Positions 40,022 through 51,500 of a stretch of 64,000 bases of DNA are shown here, one piece after another. The DNA lies in assembly GCA_963677925.2 (NCBI GenBank), contig CAXXYH010000004.1:832001-896000 (forward strand), in the 5' to 3' direction. The notes beneath the pieces are model-generated. The model was not told the DNA's origin and made no database searches. It saw nothing but the letters and a program-made list of their open reading frames with translations. The translations under genes and the position numbers were made by a program. Within the stretch, counting starts at the first letter, position 1, and the number at the start of each line of letters is the position of its first letter. This DNA comes from Spirochaetia bacterium. Its GTDB lineage: Bacteria; Spirochaetota; Spirochaetia; UBA9216.

Positions 40022-41773
40022 ATGAAGAAGCTTTTTATTTTGTTTATATGTATTATTTCTATTTTCCCGGTATATAGTGATAATACGTTACATGGGTTAA
40101 GATTGATTTTTACCGATACTGAGGATACTGAGGATACTGAGGATACTGAGGATACTGGTGAAGCCGTGGAATCAACAATTGATTTCTTTAATTTACCAAA
40201 AAATTCTGATGGGTGGACAGATTATGAAGCTCTATTACAGTATGGCTATACTGATTCAAGAGTTGTATTTGTTTCATCACTTTATGGTGATGACTCAACT
40301 GGTGAAATTTATAGTAAATCAGATCTTACTTTTGATGAATATGGTATGTTTCAACCTGCTGTATCGGTTGATATTAAACCGTTTTTGACTATAAAAGCAG
40401 CATATTCATTTATAAGAAATGGTTATCCCGATATCATGCTTCTTAGTAGGGGGGAGCAGTGGGAGGAACAATTTAATACCTTAAGCATAGGTAGGATGAA
40501 GTCAGGGCGGAGTAATGTTGAAAGGCATATAGTCAGTTCCTATGGAAGTGGTGATAGACCATCATTACATAGCACAACTGAAAAACAACTAGATATTTAT
40601 CAAGCATCATATTTTATTTTATCTGGAATACATTTTTTTGCTGATGACTGGAATGAATCGGGGCGAGGTCTTGATTTATATGGTGCATCTGTAGATACGT
40701 TATTTGAAGATTTGAGATTTGATAAACATTATAAAAATAAAATTAGTGATCCTGGATTGATGAATGTTGTAATTCGGCGTTGTATTTTTACAGATTATGC
40801 TGCTCATGACGGAGTTTTTTATGTTAACAAAGTTGAAAATATTTTTTTTGAAGAAAATATTTTTTATAAACCGAGGGATGAGAGAGATAGCACGATTTAT
40901 GGTAGAATATTTTACTTAAATCCAGGTGATGGAATTAACTTAAATCAACTTAAGAATCTAACTGCTAAAGGAAATATTCTTTTTCTTGCAGAACGCGGCG
41001 GTGCTGATGCAAGAGCTGGAGGAACTTTCAATAACAATTTGTTCATACAAGCTGGTTGTAGTATGGCTGCTAATGGCGGCAGTGGTGGTTCTGTGGTTTC
41101 AGGTGTTGTAAAAAATAATGTTTTTACTCAAGGTACTGATAACCTTGGAGTTGGAGCAGGCCTTTCGATAAAAAATGGTGTTGGTGTTGTGGTCGAAAAT
41201 AATATCTGGACAGATCCAGAAGGTATCCTGTCAGAGGCTAATGCAATAACGGTCTCAGGTGATAGTTCATATGATCTTTATGTAGCAAAAAATATTGAGA
41301 TAACTGGAAATGTTATATATGGGTATAAAGGTGAAAATGTGTATAACAGAGGAATATTTATTCCTTCAGGCCTTAGGGACATCGAGAACTTTTCAATACA
41401 TAATAATGAAATTCAAATGGTAACTGGAGCTTCATCTGTTCTCGCCGTACCCACTGATGTTTTGCCAGATATTTCATTCATGAATAATAAGTATTTTAGT
41501 ACTACGCCGGAGATTGAATGGTTTTATCAAGGCGATTTGCTGGATTGGGAAATATCCTCTGGTGAGACTGGTGCTTCTAAAGAACAGGTTGGTTATTATG
41601 GTGCATATAGAAATTTAAAAACTTATAATAACTCTCTTGGGGGGAGTGCAGATACTGAGGATTTTATGCTTGAAACATTGAAACAGTCAAGAAACCATTG
41701 GGATGAAGTGTATACTGCAGGAGCTGTTAATGATTATATCCGTGCTGGGTTTAACTTAGAATTGATTCAATAG
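40022..41773 (+). CDS. Secreted right-handed beta-helix (pectin-lyase-like) protein
   Basis: Signal peptide; AAGGAG RBS; repeated (V/I)xxN(I/V)(F/W) beta-helix rungs; N-terminal DTE repeat. Confidence 0.7.
   Translation: MKKLFILFICIISIFPVYSDNTLHGLRLIFTDTEDTEDTEDTEDTGEAVESTIDFFNLPKNSDGWTDYEALLQYGYTDSRVVFVSSLYGDDSTGEIYSKSDLTFDEYGMFQPAVSVDIKPFLTIKAAYSFIRNGYPDIMLLSRGEQWEEQFNTLSIGRMKSGRSNVERHIVSSYGSGDRPSLHSTTEKQLDIYQASYFILSGIHFFADDWNESGRGLDLYGASVDTLFEDLRFDKHYKNKISDPGLMNVVIRRCIFTDYAAHDGVFYVNKVENIFFEENIFYKPRDERDSTIYGRIFYLNPGDGINLNQLKNLTAKGNILFLAERGGADARAGGTFNNNLFIQAGCSMAANGGSGGSVVSGVVKNNVFTQGTDNLGVGAGLSIKNGVGVVVENNIWTDPEGILSEANAITVSGDSSYDLYVAKNIEITGNVIYGYKGENVYNRGIFIPSGLRDIENFSIHNNEIQMVTGASSVLAVPTDVLPDISFMNNKYFSTTPEIEWFYQGDLLDWEISSGETGASKEQVGYYGAYRNLKTYNNSLGGSADTEDFMLETLKQSRNHWDEVYTAGAVNDYIRAGFNLELIQ
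40115..40157 (+). repeat. In-frame 9-bp tandem repeat (GATACTGAG x4 plus a partial copy)
   Basis: Encodes DTEDTEDTEDTEDT. Confidence 0.95.
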
Positions 41774-41859
41774 AAGTTAAAATAGGTAACTATTTGCTTT
41801 GATTAGTATTTATGTGACGAATTATAATTGAATATAAACTTTCTGTAAATAAATTTAGA

Positions 41860-41893
41860 CACAAAACTCAGACGTTAGAGTTTGGGTTTTGTG
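41860..41893 (+). terminator. Hairpin downstream of the beta-helix gene
   Basis: CACAAAAC-TCAGAC-gttaga-GTTTGG-GTTTTGTG (with G-U pairs). Confidence 0.5.
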
Positions 41894-42141
41894 AAATAAA
41901 TAAGTTCTGATTAGGACTAATTATTGGAACTCAAATTTTTCAGATAGGGCGTGTTAATTATTTAGTATAAAAATCTCTGTATATGGTGCAAGAAAAATAG
42001 CAAAAACATCAAAAATCTATTGTAAATTATGGATGTGAATGCGCACTATCTTAGTTTAAAAGAGTATATTTTTTTCTATCTGCTTCCTTTTTAAAGATGT
42101 TCGCTTGATAATTCTTTGCAAAAAGAATACCAAGATTGAGT

Positions 42142-42330
42142 GTGTATGCAGACAAGATTAAGAGATAAGCGCAAGCCTCTTCGAATTACCTGTAAATAGT
42201 TAGGACGCTCGCCATGAAAAATTTATTAAGATTCAGGAAGAAATTTACTTTAGATAAAGAATTTCATGATAATATCGTATAAAAAGCGGTTGAAAGACGC
42301 TTTGGGCTATCTAAAAGAAAATATAGACTA
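42142..42330 (+). mobile_element. Highly decayed IS5-like transposase remnant
   Basis: Fragments VYADKI and KAVERRFGLSKRKYRL resemble the IS5-family ADxIY and RxxVExxFGxxKRxYxL motifs. Confidence 0.5.
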
Positions 42331-42928
42331 TGATTAAAAATTGAATTTGATGTAAGCGAGTGTGAGTAGTATACACTTTTTAATGCTATATTTGAAAAAA
42401 TTATTTAAGGAAATGACTGAAGTCATGAATACGTATAAGATAGAATCAAATAATATTGCTTAAAATACTTTTTGGGCAAGATATAGAGATTATTGGTATG
42501 GCTTTAAGCTATAAATGATTTTTTAATTATATATTTAAAAATCAAGATAATATTCATTATATTTATGTTAATATTGTTAGATAATATTAATAAAGATTTT
42601 TATATATTTGAAAATATTGTTTCTGTATTATATGTTCTTTCAAAATAACTTTCTTATGCTAAGAATAAGGGGGTGGTATTTTTTATTCCCTTAAAATATA
42701 AAGTTACAATTTTGATAATGATGCACAAGATAATTATTATAATTAAAATGATGCAAAAAAAGGGTATTAGAGACAAAGACTGAATCGGAATACTATAAAA
42801 ACATATTTATTGGATGATAAGAAGCGGTCTTGTGATGATATAGATAGTTGTTGATATTTAGATGGGAAGTTTTCTGTATGAGTATAACATTATAATCCAT
42901 GTTTTATGTAAATTAGAAAGGAATTAAA

Positions 42929-43789
42929 ATGAGTAATTTGATGAAAAGGTTAGATATGCCTAAATCAGAATTTTTAGTTTTCTCTTCAATGGGAGATAGA
43001 GCAAATATAAAATATTGGCTAAAAGGTAATAGGAATTTTGATTTATGGGTTTGTTATTATGGTGATGATGGAAATAAATATATTGACTCTTCTGATTATT
43101 ATTTTAAAAGAAAGGGTGGAAAGTTTCCTAATTTGCATTATGTATATAATAACTGGAAGAATGAAATTGATTTTTATAAAGCCGTTTTTGTTATAGATGA
43201 TGATGTTATTCTTAATGGAACTAAGATTACCAATTTATTTAATATTTTATTTGACTACAAATTGTGGTTGATTCAACCAGCTTTCAATCCTCTTGGTAAA
43301 GTTAGTCATTATCTAACAATGGTTAAACCTTATACTAAGTTTAGGTATACCAATTTTGTTGAAGTTACTTGTCCTCTATTTTTAAAAAGTAAACTTGATG
43401 AATTTATGAATGTATATGATCCAGTGCTAGTTGGATGGGGCGTTGACCATTGGTTTATAAACAATTTAGGATCTGAAATAGCCAATAAAGTAGCAGTTAT
43501 TGATGAGATAACATGTATCAATCCTTTTGATTTCACAAAAAATAGTATTAATTTTCGTGGGAAAAGAGAAATCGATACATTGCAGAGTAAAAGCAAAAGA
43601 GTTGAGGTTTGGAAGGGTGTTAAAGCTAAATATAATATTAATGATATAAAAATAAAAGAAATAGGATATGAGCGTTTGTCTTTAAATTTGTATAATTTAA
43701 TAAATATTTTTTATTATTCTCTTCTTATTCTTTGTAAGTTAATCGCACGGAGAATTAGATCGACTTTTATCTATAAAAAAAGAAGATAA
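42929..43789 (+). CDS. DUF707-like / glycosyltransferase-associated protein
   Basis: FDLWVCYY, GGKFPNL, IDDDV, QPA..P.GKVSH, TNFVEVTCPLF, GWGVD. Confidence 0.65.
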   Translation: MSNLMKRLDMPKSEFLVFSSMGDRANIKYWLKGNRNFDLWVCYYGDDGNKYIDSSDYYFKRKGGKFPNLHYVYNNWKNEIDFYKAVFVIDDDVILNGTKITNLFNILFDYKLWLIQPAFNPLGKVSHYLTMVKPYTKFRYTNFVEVTCPLFLKSKLDEFMNVYDPVLVGWGVDHWFINNLGSEIANKVAVIDEITCINPFDFTKNSINFRGKREIDTLQSKSKRVEVWKGVKAKYNINDIKIKEIGYERLSLNLYNLINIFYYSLLILCKLIARRIRSTFIYKKRR

Positions 43790-43858
43790 ATATTATATAT
43801 TTATAAACAATTTTTTAATTTCAGATAAAACTATTATAGGGCTCGCAATCCCTAAAAC

Positions 43859-44289
43859 TGTACCATGAGATAGATTAGTTTTCTGTCACAATATACAATA
43901 GAGACTGAAATGAAGAGATGGTTTGCAGATGAACAGATTATTAAAAACCTGAATGAATACCAATCTACTCAAAGAGTAGATTTACATCGAAAAGGATGTA
44001 CAAGCGTAGTCACTTCCCGAGGCTTAAAATAAAAAGTGCGAAATATTTTAGGCACTACCCAAAATCTGGGAATCCGACTACGAATTGTCATATCGAGAGT
44101 ATTAATGGGATTTTCAGAAATAAATTGTCTGAATACAATTTATTTTAATAGCATTAAAAAATGGGGTGTTGAATAAAATGAAGAACGCCCACAAGAACGA
44201 TTAAAATGGGTGGCACCTTACCAGTATGAAGCAATAATAGATAGGCTGAAAACTATCCTTGGTAGTGGTCAGAAAATGGAGTGAGGTCA
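43859..44289 (+). mobile_element. Internally deleted IS3-family remnant
   Basis: OrfA start MKRWFADEQIIKNLNEY at 43910; OrfB tail NEERPQERLKWVAP; TG...GGTCA ends. Confidence 0.6.
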
Positions 44290-44445
44290 CAATAATAAAC
44301 GTGCATATCAAGGTCGTAATTTGAAAAGTTGAACACCATTAAAAGTGTTTATATAAGAAATAAAAATACAAGATGGTGAAGGCGTTTTTTACGAATAATA
44401 TAACATTATAACTTTCTATGAAAGTGTCAAGGAAGTACTAAATCA
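44290..44445 (+). mobile_element. 3' end remnant of a second IS481-family copy
   Basis: NNKRAYQGRNLKS*TP, plus GTGTCAAGGAAGTAC (44424) matching the right end GTGTCAAGGAAATAC (39677) at 14/15 positions. Confidence 0.6.
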
Positions 44446-44727
44446 TTGCAGCATAATAAATTGATAGTCATCAGTTGGGTTAAAAAGACTCAAATGGAAA
44501 GTTAAGAATGCCTAAAAATCTTTGAGAACTACAGTGGATTTAAAAAAATATAAAATCTGTTTTGAATAAATGACAGAAATCATGAATAGGTATAAAATAA
44601 ATCAGACAGGGGAGTAAGAAATTAGCAAACCCTATATAGTTAGATTAACCAGAAAATCTTTAAGGAATATTTTTTATTCAAAAATTATAGAAGTGAAATC
44701 TGTAAAATAGTGGAGATTTAATAACAA

Positions 44728-45708
44728 ATGAAAGAATTAATTTCTATAGTCGTGCCAATTTTTAATGTCGAGTTGTATTTACCAAGATGTATTGATTCCT
44801 TGATTAATCAAACATATAAAAATATTGATTTAATCCTCGTTGATGATGGGTCTCCTGATCGTTGTGGTGAAATTTGTGAAAATTATCAATTTATAGACCA
44901 TAGAATACAAGTTATTCATAAAAAAAATGGGGGTCTTTCTGATGCTAGGAATGTAGGGATAAAAGCTGCAAGAGGTAATTATATCACATTTGTAGATAGT
45001 GATGACTGGGTCGTTCCGGATTTTATTGAATATCTCTATATGAATCTCAAGAAATTTGAAACGGATATCTCCATTTGTAATTTCTGTAAAACATCAACAT
45101 ATCCTTTTGAACCAGAATCCAATAAAAAAGAAATTGTTGAAGTTTTAGATAGTATTAGTGCTCTACGCCAACTAAACGGGAGGAATGGTGTAAATTTAGT
45201 AAGTGCTTGGGCTAAAATTTACAAGAAAGAGCTTTTTAATGACATACTATTTCCTATTGGGAAAATACATGAAGATGATTTTATATCATATAGAATCATT
45301 AGTAAAGCCAATACCATCTGTATAAGCAATAAGATAGGCTTATTGTATTGGCAACGAGAAGGCAGTATTACAGCTTCTAATGATATAGTAAGTAGAATAC
45401 ATAAATTGGAAGCATCAATTGAGAGACTCGATTTTTATTGTAGCTTGATGGATATAGGATTAATCTCACAAGGAGCAAGAAGTGTTTTTCATAATTTTAT
45501 TAAATATGAAAAATATCGGCAGGAAATGAAAATTAAAGATAAAACTTTCTCTAAAAAGTTGATACGCTTAAGAGTTAGGCAATCAAAGCAATCTATCTTT
45601 TTTAAGCTTTTTTATGAGTTTTATTTTATTACACCACACATAGGATACTTGATATATGAAATAATTATAAATCCGATCTTTTTAAAACCAAAATATAGAG
45701 GTAAATGA
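44728..45708 (+). CDS. GT2 glycosyltransferase
   Basis: ISIVVPIFNVE, VDDGSPD, NGGLSDARN, FVDSDD, HEDD. Confidence 0.95.
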   Translation: MKELISIVVPIFNVELYLPRCIDSLINQTYKNIDLILVDDGSPDRCGEICENYQFIDHRIQVIHKKNGGLSDARNVGIKAARGNYITFVDSDDWVVPDFIEYLYMNLKKFETDISICNFCKTSTYPFEPESNKKEIVEVLDSISALRQLNGRNGVNLVSAWAKIYKKELFNDILFPIGKIHEDDFISYRIISKANTICISNKIGLLYWQREGSITASNDIVSRIHKLEASIERLDFYCSLMDIGLISQGARSVFHNFIKYEKYRQEMKIKDKTFSKKLIRLRVRQSKQSIFFKLFYEFYFITPHIGYLIYEIIINPIFLKPKYRGK

Positions 45709-45845
45709 ACCCTCTTCTATTATTAGGGATTAAATTTAACTAATAAGATAGATGTTTAACGAAGTTATAGTCGAACTGAAAAAGAATAGGAATTGGCATT
45801 AAAAAAATAATATCAGAGGATATAAATCCTAATGGTGAGGTAAAT

Positions 45846-46853
45846 ATGAATATTATCAACATTGGAGTCTTTGCATATAATGAACAGGAAAACATTGCAA
45901 ATATAATTAACGATTTAGATCTTCAATCTGTAATGACAAACGGATTGTTCCAATTGAGTGTACAAGTTTTATGTAATGGTTGTACAGATAAAACTGTACC
46001 GATTGCGATAACTTCCGTAGAAAGATGTAAGAATATAAACAAGTTTACTGAGGTTAAAGATTATAAAGTTGGAAGTAAATCAATAACATGGAACAAATTT
46101 ATAAATTCTAATATTGAAGGTTCTGATTTTATAATCTGTATTGATGGAGATATTCGTATTCATGATCAAGATGCAATAATTAATTTGATCCATGATTTGG
46201 ATAATAGTAATTCTTATGCTTTGACTAGTAGACCTATGAAAAAATTAGATAAATTAAATAGAAAACCTTTATTGAAAGTTGCTACAAAAATAGCCGGAGC
46301 AGAACATGTTGATGGAAAAATCTGTGGGCAGTTTTATGCAGTAAAAACTGATAATATAAACAATATTCAATTACCAAATCCTTGCCTTGTTGAAGATGGT
46401 TTTTTAGCTGCTTGCTTGATAACAAGCTTATTTACACATGAAGGGGATCCTAAACTAATAAAAGCTAGTCAAAGTGTTTGTCATGAATTTGAAGTGCCTG
46501 GATCATTAAAAGAATTTTTTTATCATGATGTACGTATATTATTAGGGTGTGAGCTTAACGCAGCTTACTATTCTTTTTTATGGGAAGCCACAGATGTTAA
46601 AGAGAGAATTGAAATTTTAAATAGTTTTTCAAAATCGGATAAGATTAATGATTGTATAGAAGAACATTTAAAACATCCTGAAAGAAGTGCTTTGAAGAAA
46701 CAAAAATATTTCGATTTTCTTTTTAGAATAAGAAGCGAAAATATGCTGATTAAAATAGCAAAACTGCCAATCAGATTTTTGTATGTTGTCTATATAAATG
46801 CTGTTAAGGGAAGAGCGAAAAGGCTATTCATAGAACGTACCTTTTTTTGGTAG
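45846..46853 (+). CDS. GT2-like glycosyltransferase
   Basis: VFAYNEQENI, NGCTDKT, IDGDI, GQFYA, VEDGFL. Confidence 0.85.
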   Translation: MNIINIGVFAYNEQENIANIINDLDLQSVMTNGLFQLSVQVLCNGCTDKTVPIAITSVERCKNINKFTEVKDYKVGSKSITWNKFINSNIEGSDFIICIDGDIRIHDQDAIINLIHDLDNSNSYALTSRPMKKLDKLNRKPLLKVATKIAGAEHVDGKICGQFYAVKTDNINNIQLPNPCLVEDGFLAACLITSLFTHEGDPKLIKASQSVCHEFEVPGSLKEFFYHDVRILLGCELNAAYYSFLWEATDVKERIEILNSFSKSDKINDCIEEHLKHPERSALKKQKYFDFLFRIRSENMLIKIAKLPIRFLYVVYINAVKGRAKRLFIERTFFW

Positions 46854-47482
46854 TGAGAATGGCTTGGTTTTCCTTAAATACTTAATGAGCTTATAAATTA
46901 AGGTAAATGTAAAATCATTCAAACATTTTAAAATAATAGAAATAGTCATTGTTGTATTATTTTTTCCAAAAAATATTTTATAATTGGAGGCTCTTATTCT
47001 AAAATATGAATGTGAATTATACAAATAGAAGAGCACTTATTGATTGTATCAATTTAATTAAGTTGTTAGATGTGCTATAAAGAGATCTTATATTCATTAC
47101 CTTATGAAGAAGATCGGTTCTGATGGGGTGAATGTTATAAAAGATCTGAGGATACAAAGATAAACAAGCAGATTAATTCAGTTGGAATATAGATTCCACA
47201 GCAAACCAAATTGAACTTAAAAAAACAAAACTAAGAAGTTTACTGTTTGAAAATAATTTTTATAGTATTTATTTCTTATGTTTATCTTGACGAAATGAAT
47301 TGTAGAATTTGTTCGAAAATGCTGTTAATCTTAGCTATTGTATAGTTTCAGTTTAATGTATTGAGCTTATCGGATTAGTTCATTATATTCAGAGGGATTC
47401 AAGCTATCAATAATCCGTGTTTTAGATATCTATGACAAATTGTAATACGTCAAATTATTAAACAAATTAGCTGAGGTCGCAA

Positions 47483-48388
47483 ATGGGAAAGATTGATGTA
47501 TCAATAATAATACCTTCATACAATTCTGAAGATGTACTAATAAACACATTAAAATCAATAGAAGAGCAAAAGACAAACAATGTTTTTGAAATAATTATTA
47601 TTGACTCATCACCGTCAGATAATGTTCAAAATGTATGTAAGAATAACAAAAGGATTCAGTTTATAAAGCTGAAGGAGAAAACCCTGCCTGGAATCGCCAG
47701 AAATATCGGTGCAGAACATGCAAAAGGAGAGGTTCTGATATTCTGTGATGCCGATGTATTACTACAGGAGGATGTAGTAACAAAAGTCTGGGAATTCTAC
47801 TCAAAAGGTCATAAGGCTTTTGGAGGAGCACTTATCCTTGCAGAAGGTTCTTCACTGCCAGTAGGATTGCTTGAACATTATTTCTATAATCATGAATCTC
47901 AAAAAGAGCGGCCTGTATCAAAGAGAAGTAATCTTAGTTCAGCCCTAATGATAGTGGATCGAACCTTATTTATTGAACAAGGCGGCTTTAAAAATATACC
48001 AAGAATGCAGGATACTGAATTTACTGAAAGAATATCTCGTAATGGAGCAGTTCTTATGTTTACTCCTGAAGTTGTCGGGTGTCAGCGACAAATCACTACC
48101 TGGAAAGGATTAAATCGAAAAGTATTTCTTTGTGGACACAATCTGTATTTTATTAGGTATAAGCAGAATATATCAACTAAGAAAAAAATCTTGTTGATAC
48201 TCGGGTTGCCGTTTCTATCCATTTTAAAAATGAGTAGAATAAACTTGCGGAATATAGTTTATACAACACCTTTTGGTCGTATTAAAGCCCTTTTTTGGAC
48301 ACCAGTTATGTATTATTTAGGTTTTATTTGGATGTCTGGATTTTACAAAGGTATTATCAGAAATAGAGGAATTAGTTTAAATAGATAA
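47483..48388 (+). CDS. GT2 glycosyltransferase
   Basis: VSIIIPSYN, IIDSS, PGIARNIG, FCDADV, MQDTEF. Confidence 0.92.
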   Translation: MGKIDVSIIIPSYNSEDVLINTLKSIEEQKTNNVFEIIIIDSSPSDNVQNVCKNNKRIQFIKLKEKTLPGIARNIGAEHAKGEVLIFCDADVLLQEDVVTKVWEFYSKGHKAFGGALILAEGSSLPVGLLEHYFYNHESQKERPVSKRSNLSSALMIVDRTLFIEQGGFKNIPRMQDTEFTERISRNGAVLMFTPEVVGCQRQITTWKGLNRKVFLCGHNLYFIRYKQNISTKKKILLILGLPFLSILKMSRINLRNIVYTTPFGRIKALFWTPVMYYLGFIWMSGFYKGIIRNRGISLNR

Positions 48389-48507
48389 AAATATACAGAA
48401 ATAAAAATGTGATTAAACTTAATACGTGTGATAATATACTATGTTTAATAATGCATAATATTGTAAAATATAAATCTGTTAGAGGATATCATTAATAGAA
48501 CAATAAT

Positions 48508-51500
48508 ATGAATAGAGAAACTTCAGTCTGGTATGGGAAAAACACCAGTTTATCAAATTATAAATGCTGGTTAGATTTATTCTATAAAAACGTTGAATTA
48601 ACTCCTGATAAAATTGCAGTAATTTTTGAAAACCGTTATATTTCATATAGAGAACTTGATCTGCTTTCTAATTGGTTTTGTAATCAGATTTTAAAAAATT
48701 CAAATAATGATAATGATTTTATAGGAATTCATCTGAAAAGATCTCATATCATGCTTGCTGCGATGATTGGTGTGGCAAAAGCCGGTAAAGCTTACCTGCC
48801 ATTAGATCCTTCATTTCCGAAAGCCAGACTATTGTATATGCTCGAAGATTCTGGCACAAAATTGATAATTGCAGATGAAAATACTGGTCTTGAAGACGTA
48901 ATTGGCAATAAAGAGATTCAACTTGTGGATTCCGGGAATTGCGTGCAGGAAGAGCAAATTGATTTCATAGAATACAATTTAGAAAAACAACCAGCCTATA
49001 TATTATATACGTCAGGATCCACAGGTAAGCCGAAAGGTGTTGTTGTTGGCCATAAGGCCTTCCTGAACTTTTTATTATCAATGAAAGAAGAGCCTGGTTG
49101 TAATAGTTCAGATGTTTTACTTGCTCTTACTACTATTTCATTTGATATTTCAGGGTTGGAATTATTTCTTCCTTTAATCTGTGGCGGTACCATATATGTG
49201 GTGTCGCGTGAAGTTGTGTTAAATCCTAAAAAGATGCTGAATATCATAGAGACAAATGAAATATCAATCATTCAGGGAACTCCTGCATTATGGAAACTAC
49301 TTATAGATTATGGTTTTAAGGGAAAAGATGGGTTGAAGATCCTATGCGGTGGAGATATTTTCCCCTTGGATTTGGCAATTAATTTATATAATACAGGCTG
49401 TCCAATATGGAATATGTATGGCCCTACAGAAACAACAATCTGGTCATCAGTCTATAAGCTGGAAAAAGAACCTGATGTTGCACCCTACATAGGGTTTCCA
49501 ATTGCAAATACTGGATTTCATATATTAGATGAAGATTTGGATCCTGTTGAAAAGGGTGAGGCTGGTCTCCTTTGGATAAGCGGGGATGGTCTGTCTGATG
49601 GATACTGGAAAAAACAGGCACAAACGAATGAAGTTTTTAAAAAAATCAATAATAATTCCGGTCAATTTTTTTATAATACCGGGGACTGGGTATACGAAAC
49701 TATTGATGGCAATATTGCATTTTCAGGAAGGAAAGATAATCAGGTCAAAATTCGGGGATATCGTATAGAAATTAGTGAAATAGAGAAAAGTCTCATAAAT
49801 ATTCCTGCAATAAAAGATGCTGTAGTATTATCCAGGAAAGATAGTAAAGAAAATACAATATTAGTAGCTTTTTATATATTAGATCAAATTGATGAAGAAA
49901 TTTCATCATCTTTCATCAGAAATGAGTTGGCTAATACTTTACCTGAATACATGATTCCCGCTTATTATTTTAAGTTGGATAAGTTTCCAATGACACTGAA
50001 TAATAAGATTGATAGAACTGCTTTTCCTGATATTGGTACAATTGAAAAACAATCAGAATCCAAAGTTCAAAAGACCTTAACCTTATTGGAGTACATTCAA
50101 AAATGCTGGAATGAGTCTTTGGGCCACAAAAACTTTTCAGAACATGATAATTTTTTTGATGTTGGAGGGTATTCTGTTCTAATTGTTGATATTTTACATA
50201 AAATTGGAACTTTTCTTAATAAAGATATAGATCCCTTAATATTTTTTGAAAATCCTACGATTTATTCATTAAACAAAGCCTTAACAACAAATAAAGAAGA
50301 TATTATAATTGATTCTGCAAGTATGGATAAAGATACTCTTCTTGAAGATTCTGATGATCTTACCCTCGCTATAATTGGAATGTCCTGTGCTGTGCCGGGA
50401 GCTGAAAATGTAGAGGAATTCTGGGAGTTGTTATCTCAGGGTAAAAGCGGAATTTTGGAACATTCAGTAGATGATTTAATAAACGCCGGCATGCCTTTGG
50501 AGGTTATAGAACAGCCGAATTATATTAGGAAATCCGGAATTTTACCTTCTACTGAGTATTTTGATCATGAATTCTTTGGTTATTCACCTAAAGAAGCTAA
50601 ATTTATGGATCCGCAGCATCGATTGTTTATGCAGCATTGTTATAAAGCTTTAGAATCCGCAGGTATAAAGTCTACCGATGACAATAAAACTGCTGTTTTT
50701 GCCGGTTCCGGACAGAATAAATATCTATTAAAAAATATTATTTTTAGCAGCGAGAAAGAGGAATTTTCGGATTTTCAGATAATGGTAGGAAATGAAAATG
50801 ACTTTTTAGCATCCCGTGTTTCATATAAGCTTAATCTTAGAGGTCCTGCTGTTACTGTTCAATCCGGGTGTTCTACATCTCTCGTTGCTGTTCAGCTTGG
50901 ATATCAAAGTCTTCTTAATTATCAGTGTGATATGGCTTTATGTGGCGGTGTAAGCCTCAATGTTCCGGTAACAGAAGGGTATCTTTATGAGGAGGGCTCA
51001 ATTCTGAGTCCTACAGGAGAGTGTCGAGCGTTTGATGTTGATGCAGATGGAACAGTATTCGGTTCCGGGGTAGGTGTTATTTTATTAAAAAGATTGTCTG
51101 ATGCAGTCCGCGATAATGATCCAATAATAGCTCTCTTAAGATCTGTTGCAATTAATAATGATGGGGCTGACAAAATTGGTTATACTGCACCAAGTATTAG
51201 GGGCCAGGCTGAAGTAATATCTGAGGCATTAGCACTGGCCGATGTGAGCCCGGAACTTATAAGTTATGTCGAAACCCATGGCACGGGAACAATACTTGGA
51301 GATCCCATAGAGATCTCCGGATTGAAAAAAGCATTGAATGCTCAAAGCAGTGATAATCACAAATGTTATATTGGATCAGTTAAAACTAATATTGGTCATC
51401 TTGATACGGCTGCTGGAATTGTAAGCTTGATAAAAACAGCTCTATCTATAAAAAATAAGAAAATACCGGCTTCTTTAAACTATTTAGCCCCAAATCCTGT

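Noticed and set aside
40115-40157. Tandem repeat as a CRISPR array or phase-variation switch
   Set aside because: There are no spacers, and a 9-bp unit keeps the reading frame. No CRISPR array, tRNA or rRNA was seen anywhere in the window.
42493-42510. TGGTATGGCTTTAAGC as a third sigma54 promoter
   Set aside because: The GG-to-GC spacing is off by one, and it lies far from the next gene.
46854-47482. Long AT-rich intergenic gaps (also 19881-20149 and 60851-61253) as possible sRNA or pseudogene sites
   Set aside because: I could not support any motif, repeat or convincing ORF by eye. BLASTx or an Rfam scan would be needed.
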